Source: Acidimicrobiales bacterium
GTDB lineage: Bacteria > Actinomycetota > Acidimicrobiia > Acidimicrobiales > Bog-793
NCBI GenBank assembly: GCA_049523315.1
Contig: JBEKMZ010000004.1
Location: forward strand, 15,980 to 79,979
DNA length: 64,000 nt
Direction of reading: 5' to 3'
The notes beneath the pieces were generated by a model. The model had not been told where the DNA came from. It ran no database searches and worked only from the letters and a program-made list of their open reading frames with translations. Shown piece by piece: positions 38,406 to 47,783 of this stretch (position 1 is its first letter; every line of letters begins with the position of its first letter). The position numbers and the translations under genes are program-made.

Positions 38406-40175
38406 ATGAGCAGTGCACCGCGGCGGCGGCGCGCGGCTTCGTACCGATCCCTCTGGCGGCTGCGGAGCTACGTTCGGCCTTACACGCCCCAGATGCTGGC
38501 CATGTTGGCGTGCGCGACGCTAGCCGTGGCGGCCAGCACGCTGATCCCGCTCGTGCTCGAGGCAGTGGTGAACGGGCCTATTCACCGAGGCGACCGCGGC
38601 GCGCTCGTGCCGATGTTCCTGATCGCCCTCGGTCTTGGTGTCGCAGAGGCCAGTTTGATTGTGGGGCGACGCCGGGTCCAGTCCGTTGCCATCCAGAACA
38701 TCGAGCGGGAGATCCGCAACGGGATGTACGCCCGGCTGCAAAGGCTGCCAATCGAGTTCCACGACCGGTGGCAGACTGGCCAGCTCCTTTCCCGGACCAC
38801 GACCGATCTCGGCACCATCAGGCGCTTTTTGGGCTTCGGCGCCATCTTCTTGGTCGTCGACGCCATGCAGTATCTCGCCGTGATGGCGCTTCTGGTCGCG
38901 ACCTATCCGCCGCTTGGGACCCTGGCGGTGGTGACGACCCTGCCGGTGATCTGGATCGCCCAGCGCTTCGGGGCCGGATACTCGCGGATCTCACGTCGCC
39001 TTCAGGACCAGCAGGGTGACCTCGCGACTCTTACCGAAGAAGCAGCCAGCGGCATGCGGGTCGTCAAGGCCTTCGGGCGCGGTCGCCTGATGCAGGACCG
39101 CTTCGGCGCTTCGGCCCGCACGCTTCGCGGATCTGCTCTCGAGATGGTGCAGTTGCGGGCCCGTTTCTGGGGATTGCTCACGCTCGTCCCCAACGTGACG
39201 ATGGCCTTTTCCGTGCTGATCGGGGGTATAGCCGTCGCCCGCGGGGCGCTGTCGCTCGGAGCCCTCGTCGCCTTCACGACCCTGCTCGTCCTGGTGCAGT
39301 TCCCGATCATCGACCTCGGCTGGATACTGTCGATGGCCCAAGAGGCGGCGACGGCGGCAGATCGGGTCTACGAGGTCTTCGATGCGGCAATGGTCGTCGA
39401 CGACCGGCCAGGCGCGACCGCGCTCGTGGCCTCAAGAGGGCGTCTTTGCTTCGAGCACGTCAGCTTCTCCTACCCGGACAGGCGCGAACCGGTGCTGCGC
39501 GACGTCAATCTCACAATCGAGCCCGGCGAGACGGTGGCGATCGTCGGCCTGACGGGTTCGGGCAAGAGCACGCTGGCGTGTCTTCCCAGTCGCTTGTACG
39601 ACGTCAGCTCCGGACGCGTCACCCTCGACGGGCACGACGTGAGGGACATGACGCTCGAGTCGCTGCGGCGCCATGTGGCGGTCGTCTTCGAGGAGCCCGT
39701 CCTGTTCTCTATGAGCGTTCGCGAGAACCTCGTTCTCGGCCGTCCCGACGCCTCCGAGTCCGCGATCGCCGAGGCGCTGGAGCTCGCCCAGGCGGGCTTC
39801 GTCGCCGAGCTGCCCTGGGGCTTGGACACGCGCATCGGAGAGCAGGGAATGGCTCTTTCGGGAGGGCAACGCCAGCGCCTCGCCCTCGCCCGCGCCGTGC
39901 TCGCCCGTCCTTCGGTGCTAGTGCTCGACGACCCGCTCTCGGCCCTCGACGTGAGCACCGAGGCCCTCGTCGAGGAGAGCCTGAGAAGAGTGCTGCGAGA
40001 CATGACGGGTCTTCTCGTCGTCCACCGGCCTTCGACGGTCGCGCTCGCGGACCGGGTCGCCTTGTTGCGCAGCGGGGTTCTCGTCGCCTTCGGGACCCAT
40101 CACGAGCTGATGGAGAGGCCCGACTACGCGTCCGTCCTGTCTGTTGACTACCAGGGCTCGAGGACCAGCCCATGA
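38406..40175 (+). CDS. ABC exporter, fused permease-ATPase (half-transporter 1)
   Basis: A six-TM N-domain, then 'GLTGSGKST' (Walker A), 'LSGGQRQRLALARA' (signature) and 'VLVLDDPLSALD' (Walker B). The start is taken at 'MSSAPRRRR'. Confidence 0.9.
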   Translation: MSSAPRRRRAASYRSLWRLRSYVRPYTPQMLAMLACATLAVAASTLIPLVLEAVVNGPIHRGDRGALVPMFLIALGLGVAEASLIVGRRRVQSVAIQNIEREIRNGMYARLQRLPIEFHDRWQTGQLLSRTTTDLGTIRRFLGFGAIFLVVDAMQYLAVMALLVATYPPLGTLAVVTTLPVIWIAQRFGAGYSRISRRLQDQQGDLATLTEEAASGMRVVKAFGRGRLMQDRFGASARTLRGSALEMVQLRARFWGLLTLVPNVTMAFSVLIGGIAVARGALSLGALVAFTTLLVLVQFPIIDLGWILSMAQEAATAADRVYEVFDAAMVVDDRPGATALVASRGRLCFEHVSFSYPDRREPVLRDVNLTIEPGETVAIVGLTGSGKSTLACLPSRLYDVSSGRVTLDGHDVRDMTLESLRRHVAVVFEEPVLFSMSVRENLVLGRPDASESAIAEALELAQAGFVAELPWGLDTRIGEQGMALSGGQRQRLALARAVLARPSVLVLDDPLSALDVSTEALVEESLRRVLRDMTGLLVVHRPSTVALADRVALLRSGVLVAFGTHHELMERPDYASVLSVDYQGSRTSP

Positions 40176-41998
40176 GCGCGCACGAGGCGTGGCGCGGCAT
40201 AGCGGCCGAACAAGTCGAAGAGGTCCCTCAGGCCTGGACTGGACTGCTCCGCCGCCGCACCCGCCACCTGCTGGGATCTCTCGCCGCGCCCCACCGTCGG
40301 GCGATCGGCTGGCTCGCAGGCGCCATCTTGGTCTCCAACCTCGCCGGCACGGCGATTCCCTACCTGGTCGGGCTCGGGATCGACCGCGGGGTGAGTGCGG
40401 TGCGCCACGACGACTACATGCCGATCAGCGTCATCACCGCGCTGATCCTTGTCTGCGCGGTCGCCCAGGCCATCTTGTACAGGGTCTTCGTCGCCGGCTC
40501 CGGCCGTATCGGTCAGGAGATCCTGCTCGAGCTGAGGGAGAGGGTCTTCGGGCAGTTCCAGCGTCTCAGCCTCGCTTTTCACGAGCGGTACACCACGGGC
40601 CGGATGATCTCGCGCCTCACTTCGGACCTCGAGTCGATCAACGACATGTTCACCCTCGGCCTCGACACGCTCATCAACGCGGTGCTGTCGGTCGTGAGCG
40701 TCGGCGTCATCCTCCTCGTCTTGGACCTTCCGCTCGGCCTCGTCTGCCTGTCGGGGTTCATCCCGCTTTTCTTCTTGTCCCGCTGGTACCAACGCGAGTC
40801 GACGAAGGCCTACCGCAACACGAGAAACGCCATGGCACTGGTGATCGTCCACTTCACCGAGTCGTTGCGGGGTATCCGGGCGGTGCACGCCTTCAGGCGC
40901 CAGCCGCGCAACGACGAGCTGTTCGGTCACCTTTCGGAGGGCTACCGGGCTGCGATGAGCAGGTCGTTCCAGCTCCTCGGCATCTACTGGCCGGGAATCG
41001 TGCTCGTAGGCAACCTGACGACCGCGGCCGTGCTCCTTTACGGCGGCAACAGGGTAATCGGTCACGAGATGCAGGTCGGCGTGCTGGCGGCCTTTGTCCT
41101 GTACCTCCGCCGGTTCTTCGAGCCGCTTGGCGAGGTGAGCCAGTTCTACGACTCCTTCCAGGCAGCAGCGGCCGGGCTCGAGAAGTTGGCCGGCGTGCTC
41201 GACGAGACCCCGGGCGTGCCGATGCCCGCTCACGGCGTCGCGATCCCTGAAGAAGGGCTGAAAGGAGTCGTCGAGTTCCGCAGCGTCCGCTTCGGGTATA
41301 GGCACGGGACCGACATCCTGTCATGCTTCGACCTCCACATAGCGGCCGGGCAGACCGTCGCCTTGCTCGGGGCGACGGGAGCCGGCAAGAGCACGGTCGC
41401 ACGCCTGCTCGCCCGTTTTTACGATCCGCTCGAAGGAGAGGTTTCCATCGACGACATCTCCCTGGCGGCGATGGACGAGACCTCGCTCCACCGGGCTGTC
41501 GCCATGGTGACCCAGGAGAGTTTCCTGTTCTCGGGCAGTCTGGCCGAGAACATCGCCTTCGGCTCCCCGGCCGCGAGCGATTCGGAGATCGCCTCCGCCG
41601 CCCGCGCGGTCGGTGTCGACTCGATCGCGGAGGCGCTCGGCGGCGGATACGAGAGTGACGTCGGCAAGCAGGGCTCGCGCCTGTCGGCAGGGCAACGTCA
41701 GCTCGTTGCCCTGTCTAGGGCGATGCTCGCCAACCCGGCTGTTCTCGTCCTCGACGAGGCGAGCTCGTCGCTCGACGCCCCGATGGAGCGGCTCGTCCAG
41801 TCCGCCCTCAAGACGGCTCTCGCGGGCCGGACGGCGGTGATCATCGCTCACCGGCTCTCCACGGTCGAGATCGCCGATCGAGTCGTAGTGATCGAGTCCG
41901 GCCAGATCGTTGAGGACGGCCCACCTGCGCAGTTGCTCGTTGAGGGATCGGGCCATTACGCCGCGCTTCACGAGGCCTGGCGCTCGAGCCTCGTCTGA
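40172..41998 (+). CDS. ABC exporter, fused permease-ATPase (half-transporter 2)
   Basis: An ATGA overlap joins it to the upstream partner. Motifs are 'GATGAGKST', 'LSAGQRQLVALSRA' and 'VLVLDEASSSLD'. This is a heterodimeric type I exporter arrangement. Confidence 0.9.
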   Translation: MSAHEAWRGIAAEQVEEVPQAWTGLLRRRTRHLLGSLAAPHRRAIGWLAGAILVSNLAGTAIPYLVGLGIDRGVSAVRHDDYMPISVITALILVCAVAQAILYRVFVAGSGRIGQEILLELRERVFGQFQRLSLAFHERYTTGRMISRLTSDLESINDMFTLGLDTLINAVLSVVSVGVILLVLDLPLGLVCLSGFIPLFFLSRWYQRESTKAYRNTRNAMALVIVHFTESLRGIRAVHAFRRQPRNDELFGHLSEGYRAAMSRSFQLLGIYWPGIVLVGNLTTAAVLLYGGNRVIGHEMQVGVLAAFVLYLRRFFEPLGEVSQFYDSFQAAAAGLEKLAGVLDETPGVPMPAHGVAIPEEGLKGVVEFRSVRFGYRHGTDILSCFDLHIAAGQTVALLGATGAGKSTVARLLARFYDPLEGEVSIDDISLAAMDETSLHRAVAMVTQESFLFSGSLAENIAFGSPAASDSEIASAARAVGVDSIAEALGGGYESDVGKQGSRLSAGQRQLVALSRAMLANPAVLVLDEASSSLDAPMERLVQSALKTALAGRTAVIIAHRLSTVEIADRVVVIESGQIVEDGPPAQLLVEGSGHYAALHEAWRSSLV

Positions 41999-42005
41999 GG
42001 ACGAT

Positions 42006-42039
42006 TGCCCGGGTCCGCAGTGCAATCATGACCCGGGCA
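42006..42039 (+). terminator. Perfect 10-bp stem hairpin after the ABC exporter operon
   Basis: 'TGCCCGGGTC' (42006-42015) pairs with 'GACCCGGGCA' (42030-42039) around a 14-nt loop, 8 nt after the stop. There is no U-tract. It is followed directly by the palindrome TGACAAATGTCA (42040-42051). Confidence 0.45.
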
Positions 42040-42110
42040 TGACAAATGTCACGAAGAAGTCGTGAGTCAACGCACTGTGCGAACTTCGCAGTCGCTGCCA
42101 AGATCGAGCC

Positions 42111-43241
42111 ATGGCTACTTACGACGATCAGCCCAACGGCATAAGCCTTCTCGCGCTCAGCAAGTCCTACGGCGAAGTCCGGGCCGTACGGGGGATCGAG
42201 TTGTCCATCGCCGCCGGTGAGACAGTGGCCCTGCTCGGACCCAACGGGGCGGGCAAGACGACGACGATCGACATGGTGCTAGGACTCACCCGACCCGACA
42301 AGGGAAGCGTGTCGGTGTCCGGCCTCTCGCCCGCCGAAGCGGTCAAGGCCGGAGCCGTTGGGGGGATGCTCCAGACCGGGCAGCTCATCGAGTACCTAAG
42401 TGTCCGCGAGCTCATCACGATGGTCGCCTCGCTTTACCGTCATCCGCTCGGGGTGGACGACACGCTCCGCCTGACCGGCATCGACGACATCGCCGACCGG
42501 TGGGAGACGAAGCTTTCCGGGGGCCAGACCCAGCGAGTGCGCTTCGCGATCGCGCTTGTTGCCGACCCGGACCTGCTCGTTCTCGACGAGCCGACGGCGG
42601 CGCTAGACGTCGAGGGTCGCCGGGACTTTTGGACCGCGATGCGGGCGGTTGCCTCTAGAGGAAAGACCGTCCTGTTCGCGACGCACTACCTCGAGGAGGC
42701 AGATGCCTATTCGGACCGCGTCATCCTCATGGCCCGGGGCCGTGTCGTCGCCGATGGTCCTCCTACCGAGATCAAGGCGAAGGTCGGGGGCAAGACCATC
42801 CGCACCACTCTTCCCAGCGCGGATCTGGGCGTGCTCGGCAGCTTGCCCGGCGTGGCCAAGGTCGAGGGGCGCGGCGACGCAGTGACACTGTCATGCCTCG
42901 ACTCCCAGTCGTCTGACTCGGCGCTTCGCGAGCTGCTCATGCGGTTTCCTGAGGCGCGCGACCTAGAAGTGCGCGGCGGCGGGTTGGAAGAAGCCTTCTT
43001 GGAACTTGCCGCCGATGAACTCGCCGCGAGCGCCCTCGCCGATGGCGTGTCGCCCATCACCGCCCGCGAGCGCGACGTGCTCGTGGCCGCTCGTCCCGGA
43101 GCCACGGTCTCGGAGATCGCCGAGCGCCTCTTTCTTTCCGAGGGGACGGTCCGCAACTACCTCTCCGCCGCGATCGCGAAGACGGGAGCCCGCAAGCGCG
43201 CCGAGGCGGTCCGCACAGCCGACGGGCAGGGGTGGCTCTAG
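42111..43241 (+). CDS. ABC-2/DrrA-type ATPase fused in frame to a NarL/LuxR-type HTH (GerE) domain
   Basis: Residues 1-300 form a complete ATPase ('GPNGAGKTT', 'LSGGQTQR', 'LLVLDEP', 'ATHYLEEA', ending 'LEEAFLELA'). Residues ~313-376 read 'SPITARERDVLVAARPGATVSEIAERLFLSEGTVRNYLSAAIAKTGARKRAEAVRTADGQGWL', the C-terminal effector domain of a response regulator. No permease, kinase or receiver domain is nearby. Confidence 0.8.
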   Translation: MATYDDQPNGISLLALSKSYGEVRAVRGIELSIAAGETVALLGPNGAGKTTTIDMVLGLTRPDKGSVSVSGLSPAEAVKAGAVGGMLQTGQLIEYLSVRELITMVASLYRHPLGVDDTLRLTGIDDIADRWETKLSGGQTQRVRFAIALVADPDLLVLDEPTAALDVEGRRDFWTAMRAVASRGKTVLFATHYLEEADAYSDRVILMARGRVVADGPPTEIKAKVGGKTIRTTLPSADLGVLGSLPGVAKVEGRGDAVTLSCLDSQSSDSALRELLMRFPEARDLEVRGGGLEEAFLELAADELAASALADGVSPITARERDVLVAARPGATVSEIAERLFLSEGTVRNYLSAAIAKTGARKRAEAVRTADGQGWL

Positions 43242-43347
43242 GTGATCTGCGTGGACTTATTCCCCGAGAGCCGATAAGGTTTCCATACTGTTACGAACTG
43301 GGGGCAAACGGGTGCCCTTAGTCAACTCGATTAGGAGGGGAGTTTTC

Positions 43348-44568
43348 ATGAGGAAATTGCTCATGAAGGCCGGTGTGCCGCTCGTCGCGGGAGCACTTGT
43401 GCTCACCGCTTTCAGCGGAGCGGCGTTCGCGAACGCCAAGCATCCGGCCACCGCAAAGCCAGTCTTCGAGCTCGCGTACGAAGGGCCGCTTTCGGGTGGC
43501 AACGCTGTGCTCGGCCTGGACCAGACCTACGCGGTCCAGTACGCCATCAACCAAGCGAACTCCGGGATGTCCCAGTTCGGCAAGCTTCCCTTCACGCTCA
43601 AGTACGTCGGTAAGGACGACCAGGGCTCGGGGACGCTGTCGCCGACCGATGCCCAGGAGCTCACGGCGACCCCAGCCGTCATCGGTGTTGTCGGGCCGGC
43701 TTTCTCGGGCGCCACCAAGGCAGCCGAGCCGACGTTCAGCTCTCATGACCTTGCGACCGTGAGCCCCTCGGCGAGCCTGCCTGCCCTTGCCGACTACGGA
43801 TGGAAGAACTTCTTCCGGGTCATCCCGGACGACGACGTCCAGGGACCGGCCGACGCCCTCTACGTCGACCAGAAGCTCCACCTGAGCAAGCTGTACGTCG
43901 TCAGCGATGCCAGCACCTACGGCGTCGGCCTGGCCAACGCCTTTGCCTCCCAGGCCAGGAAGGACGGCGCCACGGTCACGAGCGGCGTGTTCCCGGGCAC
44001 GACACAGTGCAGCGACGGCACGGCGAGCCCCACGCAGTACCCAGATGACGCCGCCATTGTCGTCAAGGCGCACCCGCAGCTGCTGTTCTACGCCGGTTAC
44101 TACTGCGACCTCGGCTTGCTTCTCACAGCGCTCCACAAGGCGGGCTACATGGGCAAGGTGTTCAGCGACGACGGCAGCGACTCCGGCGCGCTCGTTAAGG
44201 CAACTAACCCGTCCAGCGCGGCGAACGGCGTGTACGCCAGTTGCGGGTGCGCGGTGCTCGGCACGACCAAGGCTGACAAGGCGTTCGCGGCAGGCTTCAA
44301 GGCTCTCGCGCGTATCGCCCCGGCCGTCTACTCGGCTGAGTCGTTCGACGCGGCGAACACGATCATCGACGAGCTCAAGATCCTCGCATCCGAGAAGGGC
44401 GGAACGATGAACATCACTCGTGAGAACGTCGTCAAAGGCCTTCACAAGATCAGCTTCATCGGCCTCACCAAGACGATCTCGTTCAAGGCTAACGGGAATA
44501 TCGCGGCGACGAAGATCTACCTCAACGTGGTGCAGCACGGCGCCTTCGTCCAAATCGGAGTCGAGTAG
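43348..44568 (+). CDS. Branched-chain amino acid ABC transporter substrate-binding protein (LivJ/K-like)
   Basis: The signal peptide is 'MRKLLMKAGVPLVAGALVLTAFSGAAFA'. The body shows a type I periplasmic-binding fold pattern ('VIGVVGPAFSGATKAA', 'LYVVSDASTYGVGLA'). An SD 'AGGAGGGGA' lies upstream. Confidence 0.9.
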   Translation: MRKLLMKAGVPLVAGALVLTAFSGAAFANAKHPATAKPVFELAYEGPLSGGNAVLGLDQTYAVQYAINQANSGMSQFGKLPFTLKYVGKDDQGSGTLSPTDAQELTATPAVIGVVGPAFSGATKAAEPTFSSHDLATVSPSASLPALADYGWKNFFRVIPDDDVQGPADALYVDQKLHLSKLYVVSDASTYGVGLANAFASQARKDGATVTSGVFPGTTQCSDGTASPTQYPDDAAIVVKAHPQLLFYAGYYCDLGLLLTALHKAGYMGKVFSDDGSDSGALVKATNPSSAANGVYASCGCAVLGTTKADKAFAAGFKALARIAPAVYSAESFDAANTIIDELKILASEKGGTMNITRENVVKGLHKISFIGLTKTISFKANGNIAATKIYLNVVQHGAFVQIGVE

Positions 44569-44592
44569 CACCTCTAAGCGGCTGTTGAGGAA

Positions 44593-44628
44593 CCGGGCAC
44601 TTCGCAATAGCGAGGTGCCCGGTTTTTT
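44593..44628 (+). terminator. Rho-independent terminator/attenuator after livJ
   Basis: A 13-bp stem 'CCGGGCACTTCGC'/'GCGAGGTGCCCGG' (one G-U pair) with an AATA loop, followed by TTTTTT (44623-44628). This is a rare canonical terminator in this GC-rich window. Confidence 0.75.
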
Positions 44629-44694
44629 GTCTTGGGTACTCCGTCTGAGACTGAGTAACCTGCTGCCCAAGGTTGAGGGGAGTGATCTGGACGC

Positions 44695-45642
44695 ATGCAT
44701 TGCCCGGCGTTCATCGCGAACAACAACATCTGGGTTTCGCTCGTCGTTGGGGGCCTCGCCAACGGGTTCCTCTACGCGCTCATCGCCCTCGGTTACACCC
44801 TTGTATACGGTGTCCTCAGGCTGATCAACTTCGCCCACTCCGAGGTGGTCATGTCCGGCGGCTTCGGTGGCCTGTTCGCCATGCGGGCCATCCTCGGCTC
44901 GTCCACCCCGTCCGGCTTCTGGGCGGTCGGGTTCATGCTCGTCGGCATCGTCGCAGGTGCGGCTGCCGGGGGCGCGGCCGCGTTCGTCCTCGAGCGGGTC
45001 GCCTACAGGCCACTGCGAAGGCGCAACGCCCCGAGGTTGACCTACCTCATCAGCGCAATCGGGGCCTCCTACTTCCTCTACAACCTCGCCGGCAAGGAGT
45101 TCGGGCGCTACACGGCTTTCATACCGACGCCGCAGGTGATAACCGGGCACGCCTTCTTCCTCTGCGGGGTCGGTGTCCAGTCCGTCTGGATCCTCACGAT
45201 GGTCACCGCTCTCGTGCTGCTGGTCGTGCTCGACACCGTCGTGAACCGCACCAAGCTCGGCAAAGGCATCCGTGCGGTCGCGCAGGACGCCGAGACGGCG
45301 AGCCTCATGGGCGTTCACATCGACCGCACGATCGCGCTCACCTTCGTGCTCGGCGGCCTCATGGGCGGCGCGGCCGGGTTCCTGTTCGGCCTCCAGTTCG
45401 GCGTGATCTACACGATGGGCTTCGTCCCGGGCCTCAAGGCCTTCACCGCCGCCGTCCTCGGAGGCATCGGCAACATCCGCGGGGCCATGATCGGCGGTCT
45501 CATGCTCGGCGTCTTCGAGAGCATCCCGCTGCGCTGGATGTCGGCGGAATGGCAGGACGTCGTCGCCTTCGGGGTGCTCGTGACGCTGTTGCTCTTCCGC
45601 CCGACGGGCATCCTCGGCGAGCGACTGGGGAGGGAGGCATGA
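44695..45642 (+). CDS. livH: Branched-chain amino acid ABC transporter permease
   Basis: 'LANGFLYALIALGYTLVYGVLRLINFAHSEVVMSG' and 'AVAQDAETASLMGV' are the LivH signature. Confidence 0.9.
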   Translation: MHCPAFIANNNIWVSLVVGGLANGFLYALIALGYTLVYGVLRLINFAHSEVVMSGGFGGLFAMRAILGSSTPSGFWAVGFMLVGIVAGAAAGGAAAFVLERVAYRPLRRRNAPRLTYLISAIGASYFLYNLAGKEFGRYTAFIPTPQVITGHAFFLCGVGVQSVWILTMVTALVLLVVLDTVVNRTKLGKGIRAVAQDAETASLMGVHIDRTIALTFVLGGLMGGAAGFLFGLQFGVIYTMGFVPGLKAFTAAVLGGIGNIRGAMIGGLMLGVFESIPLRWMSAEWQDVVAFGVLVTLLLFRPTGILGERLGREA

Positions 45643-47783
45643 GCGCTACGAGCGCGGGCATCGAGGGCCGACCCGACCCCCGGCCCGCCGGTGCCCGTGA
45701 CCGCTCGCTCTCGGCACAGCTCGCCTCGCTCGGTGCCAACCCCTTGATACGCCGGCTCGCCATGTGCCTGTTGGGCGTCTTGGTGGTGGCCGTCATGACC
45801 GGCCCCCCGGGCACCAACGCCGCCCCAACATCGGGCTTCACAGGTGCGCTGCAGTTCCCGCGCTTGTTCTGGTTCCTCGGTGCCGGCGCGGTGATCTTCG
45901 CCCTCATCACCCTCTCGCAGACGATGGGAACGGCAGCTAGCGCGTGGGCCAACCGGGCCCGGACATATCTGCGCAGCCTGACGGCGCGCCGCCTCGTTCG
46001 CCTGGCGCTCGATCTGGTCGTCGTCCTGGCGGGCTTTGTCTGGGTGTCGTGGATCTCGCCGAAGGACACCTGGAAAGGAGGTCTCTGCCTAGAGATCGGC
46101 TTTGCCTTCGCGGCGATGGAGCTTGTCGTCTACCTCTTCGAGTCGAGGTCCTTGCGGACAGCGAGGCTCGGTGGCTACGCGTTGGTTGCCGTCTACGGAG
46201 CGCTGGCGTGGATGCACAACCCGGTGTCGAAGTACCTCAACTCGATCCAGGCAGTGCCCCACGACCGGACCCTCGGGGTGCTGCTGTTGTGGATCGGCCT
46301 TGCGTTCATCGTGCTCGAGGGCTTGCTGTGGGTCCTGGCGCTCGCCCGCAAGGCGATCGAGCCCCGGCGGGGCAGGGGGCTCCTCAGCCTCGGTGCCCTC
46401 GTCCTGCTCGCTTACGGATGGTTGATGTGGACGCACTGGTACGGCTGGCGCGCCTCGACGCCGCACTCGGTGGCGCACTGGTTCGCGTCGATCCATCTCA
46501 TTCCCCATTCCAACGAGGGTGGTCTCGCCGTCATGAGCGTCGGTGCGATCGCGTTGATATGCGCCGCCGCCTGGGTGGCTGTGGACCTCGTTCGCGCGAT
46601 CGGGGGGGCTCGGCCCGGGCGCGCCCGGTACGAGTTCACCGGGATCACCAAGCAGGCGAGGTTCTCCTTCGGCAAGACCTCGATCACCCTCGCGGCCCTG
46701 CTGATCGCGATCCAGTGGCCTTTGCACATGAACGCCGGCATCCAGTCGATCCTCACGACCCAGGTCGCGATCTATGTCCTTCTCGCCATGGGCCTCAACG
46801 TCGTCGTCGGCTTCGCGGGTCTTCTCGACCTCGGCTATGTGGCGTTCTGGGCGATCGGTGCGTACTCGACGGCTTATTTCACCGGGGCGCTTCCCATCCA
46901 ACCGCCGTTCATACTCAATCCCTTCTGGATCATCCCCTTCGCCATCGCAGCCGCGATGCTGACCGGCGTCCTCCTCGGGACACCCACCTTGCGCCTTCGC
47001 GGGGACTATCTCGCCATCGTGACTCTGGGCTTCGGAGAGATCATCGAGATCATCGCCAACAACCTCGACGGGATCACGGGCGGGCCGGCCGGCACGCCGG
47101 GAGTCATACCGCAGTTCTCGGTGCATTTCGCCTCGGTCTCCTACAACTGGACCGGGACGGTGCTGCCTTACTACTACCTGATACTCGGGGTGGCGGTCAT
47201 CTTCACGGTGGCGTTCAGCTTCCTCGAGCACTCCCGCGTGGGGCGGTCCTGGACAGCCATCCGTGAGGACGAGGTGGCGGCCGATTCCATGGGCATCAAC
47301 GCCCTTAAGTACAAGGTCATGGCTTTCTCGATCGGCGCCTCGACGTCCGGGTTCGCCGGGGTGTTCTTTGCGAGCCAGGTGCAAAGCCTCGTGCCGAACG
47401 ACTTCATCGTCCAGACCTCGATCCTTATCCTCGTCTTCGTGATCTTCGGAGGCATGGGCTCGATCGCGGGGGCGGTGGTCGGCGCCTTCGTGATCCAGTG
47501 GCTGCCTCAGTACCTGCAGGTCCGCTCCTTCCAGGACTACCAGTTCCAAGACGAGTTCATCTATCTCGGGGCTCTTTTGATCCTGCTCATGATCTTTCGG
47601 CCGCAGGGGATCATCCCCTCCCGCCGCCGGCGCAGGGAGATCCTGCTCACCGAGGAAGGCGTCGGCCATGCCGAGAGCCCGGGCGGGCCGGTGCGGCTTA
47701 CCTCCATGGGTGAGGAGCTGCCTTCGGACTACGGCAAGCTGTCGCTCGACGAGCCTGGCTACATAGGCCCGGAGACCCGATGA
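45639..47783 (+). CDS. livM: Branched-chain amino acid ABC transporter permease with ~380-aa N-terminal polytopic extension
   Basis: An ATGA overlap joins it to livH. The canonical LivM core starts near 'VAIYVLLAMGLNVVVGFAGLLDLGYVAFWAIGAY' (about residue 390) and includes 'AIREDEVAADSMGIN'. About eight predicted TM segments precede it. Confidence 0.9.
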   Translation: MSATSAGIEGRPDPRPAGARDRSLSAQLASLGANPLIRRLAMCLLGVLVVAVMTGPPGTNAAPTSGFTGALQFPRLFWFLGAGAVIFALITLSQTMGTAASAWANRARTYLRSLTARRLVRLALDLVVVLAGFVWVSWISPKDTWKGGLCLEIGFAFAAMELVVYLFESRSLRTARLGGYALVAVYGALAWMHNPVSKYLNSIQAVPHDRTLGVLLLWIGLAFIVLEGLLWVLALARKAIEPRRGRGLLSLGALVLLAYGWLMWTHWYGWRASTPHSVAHWFASIHLIPHSNEGGLAVMSVGAIALICAAAWVAVDLVRAIGGARPGRARYEFTGITKQARFSFGKTSITLAALLIAIQWPLHMNAGIQSILTTQVAIYVLLAMGLNVVVGFAGLLDLGYVAFWAIGAYSTAYFTGALPIQPPFILNPFWIIPFAIAAAMLTGVLLGTPTLRLRGDYLAIVTLGFGEIIEIIANNLDGITGGPAGTPGVIPQFSVHFASVSYNWTGTVLPYYYLILGVAVIFTVAFSFLEHSRVGRSWTAIREDEVAADSMGINALKYKVMAFSIGASTSGFAGVFFASQVQSLVPNDFIVQTSILILVFVIFGGMGSIAGAVVGAFVIQWLPQYLQVRSFQDYQFQDEFIYLGALLILLMIFRPQGIIPSRRRRREILLTEEGVGHAESPGGPVRLTSMGEELPSDYGKLSLDEPGYIGPETR

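Noticed and set aside
43318-47669. Long minus-strand ORFs (43318..45318, 666 aa; 46089..47669, 526 aa) and the 1036-aa plus ORF starting at 44673
   Set aside because: They run antisense to, or out of frame with, the clearly recognisable livJ/livH/livM genes. Their composition is Arg/Asp/Gly/Pro-rich and shows no domain motifs. The real livM starts at 45639.
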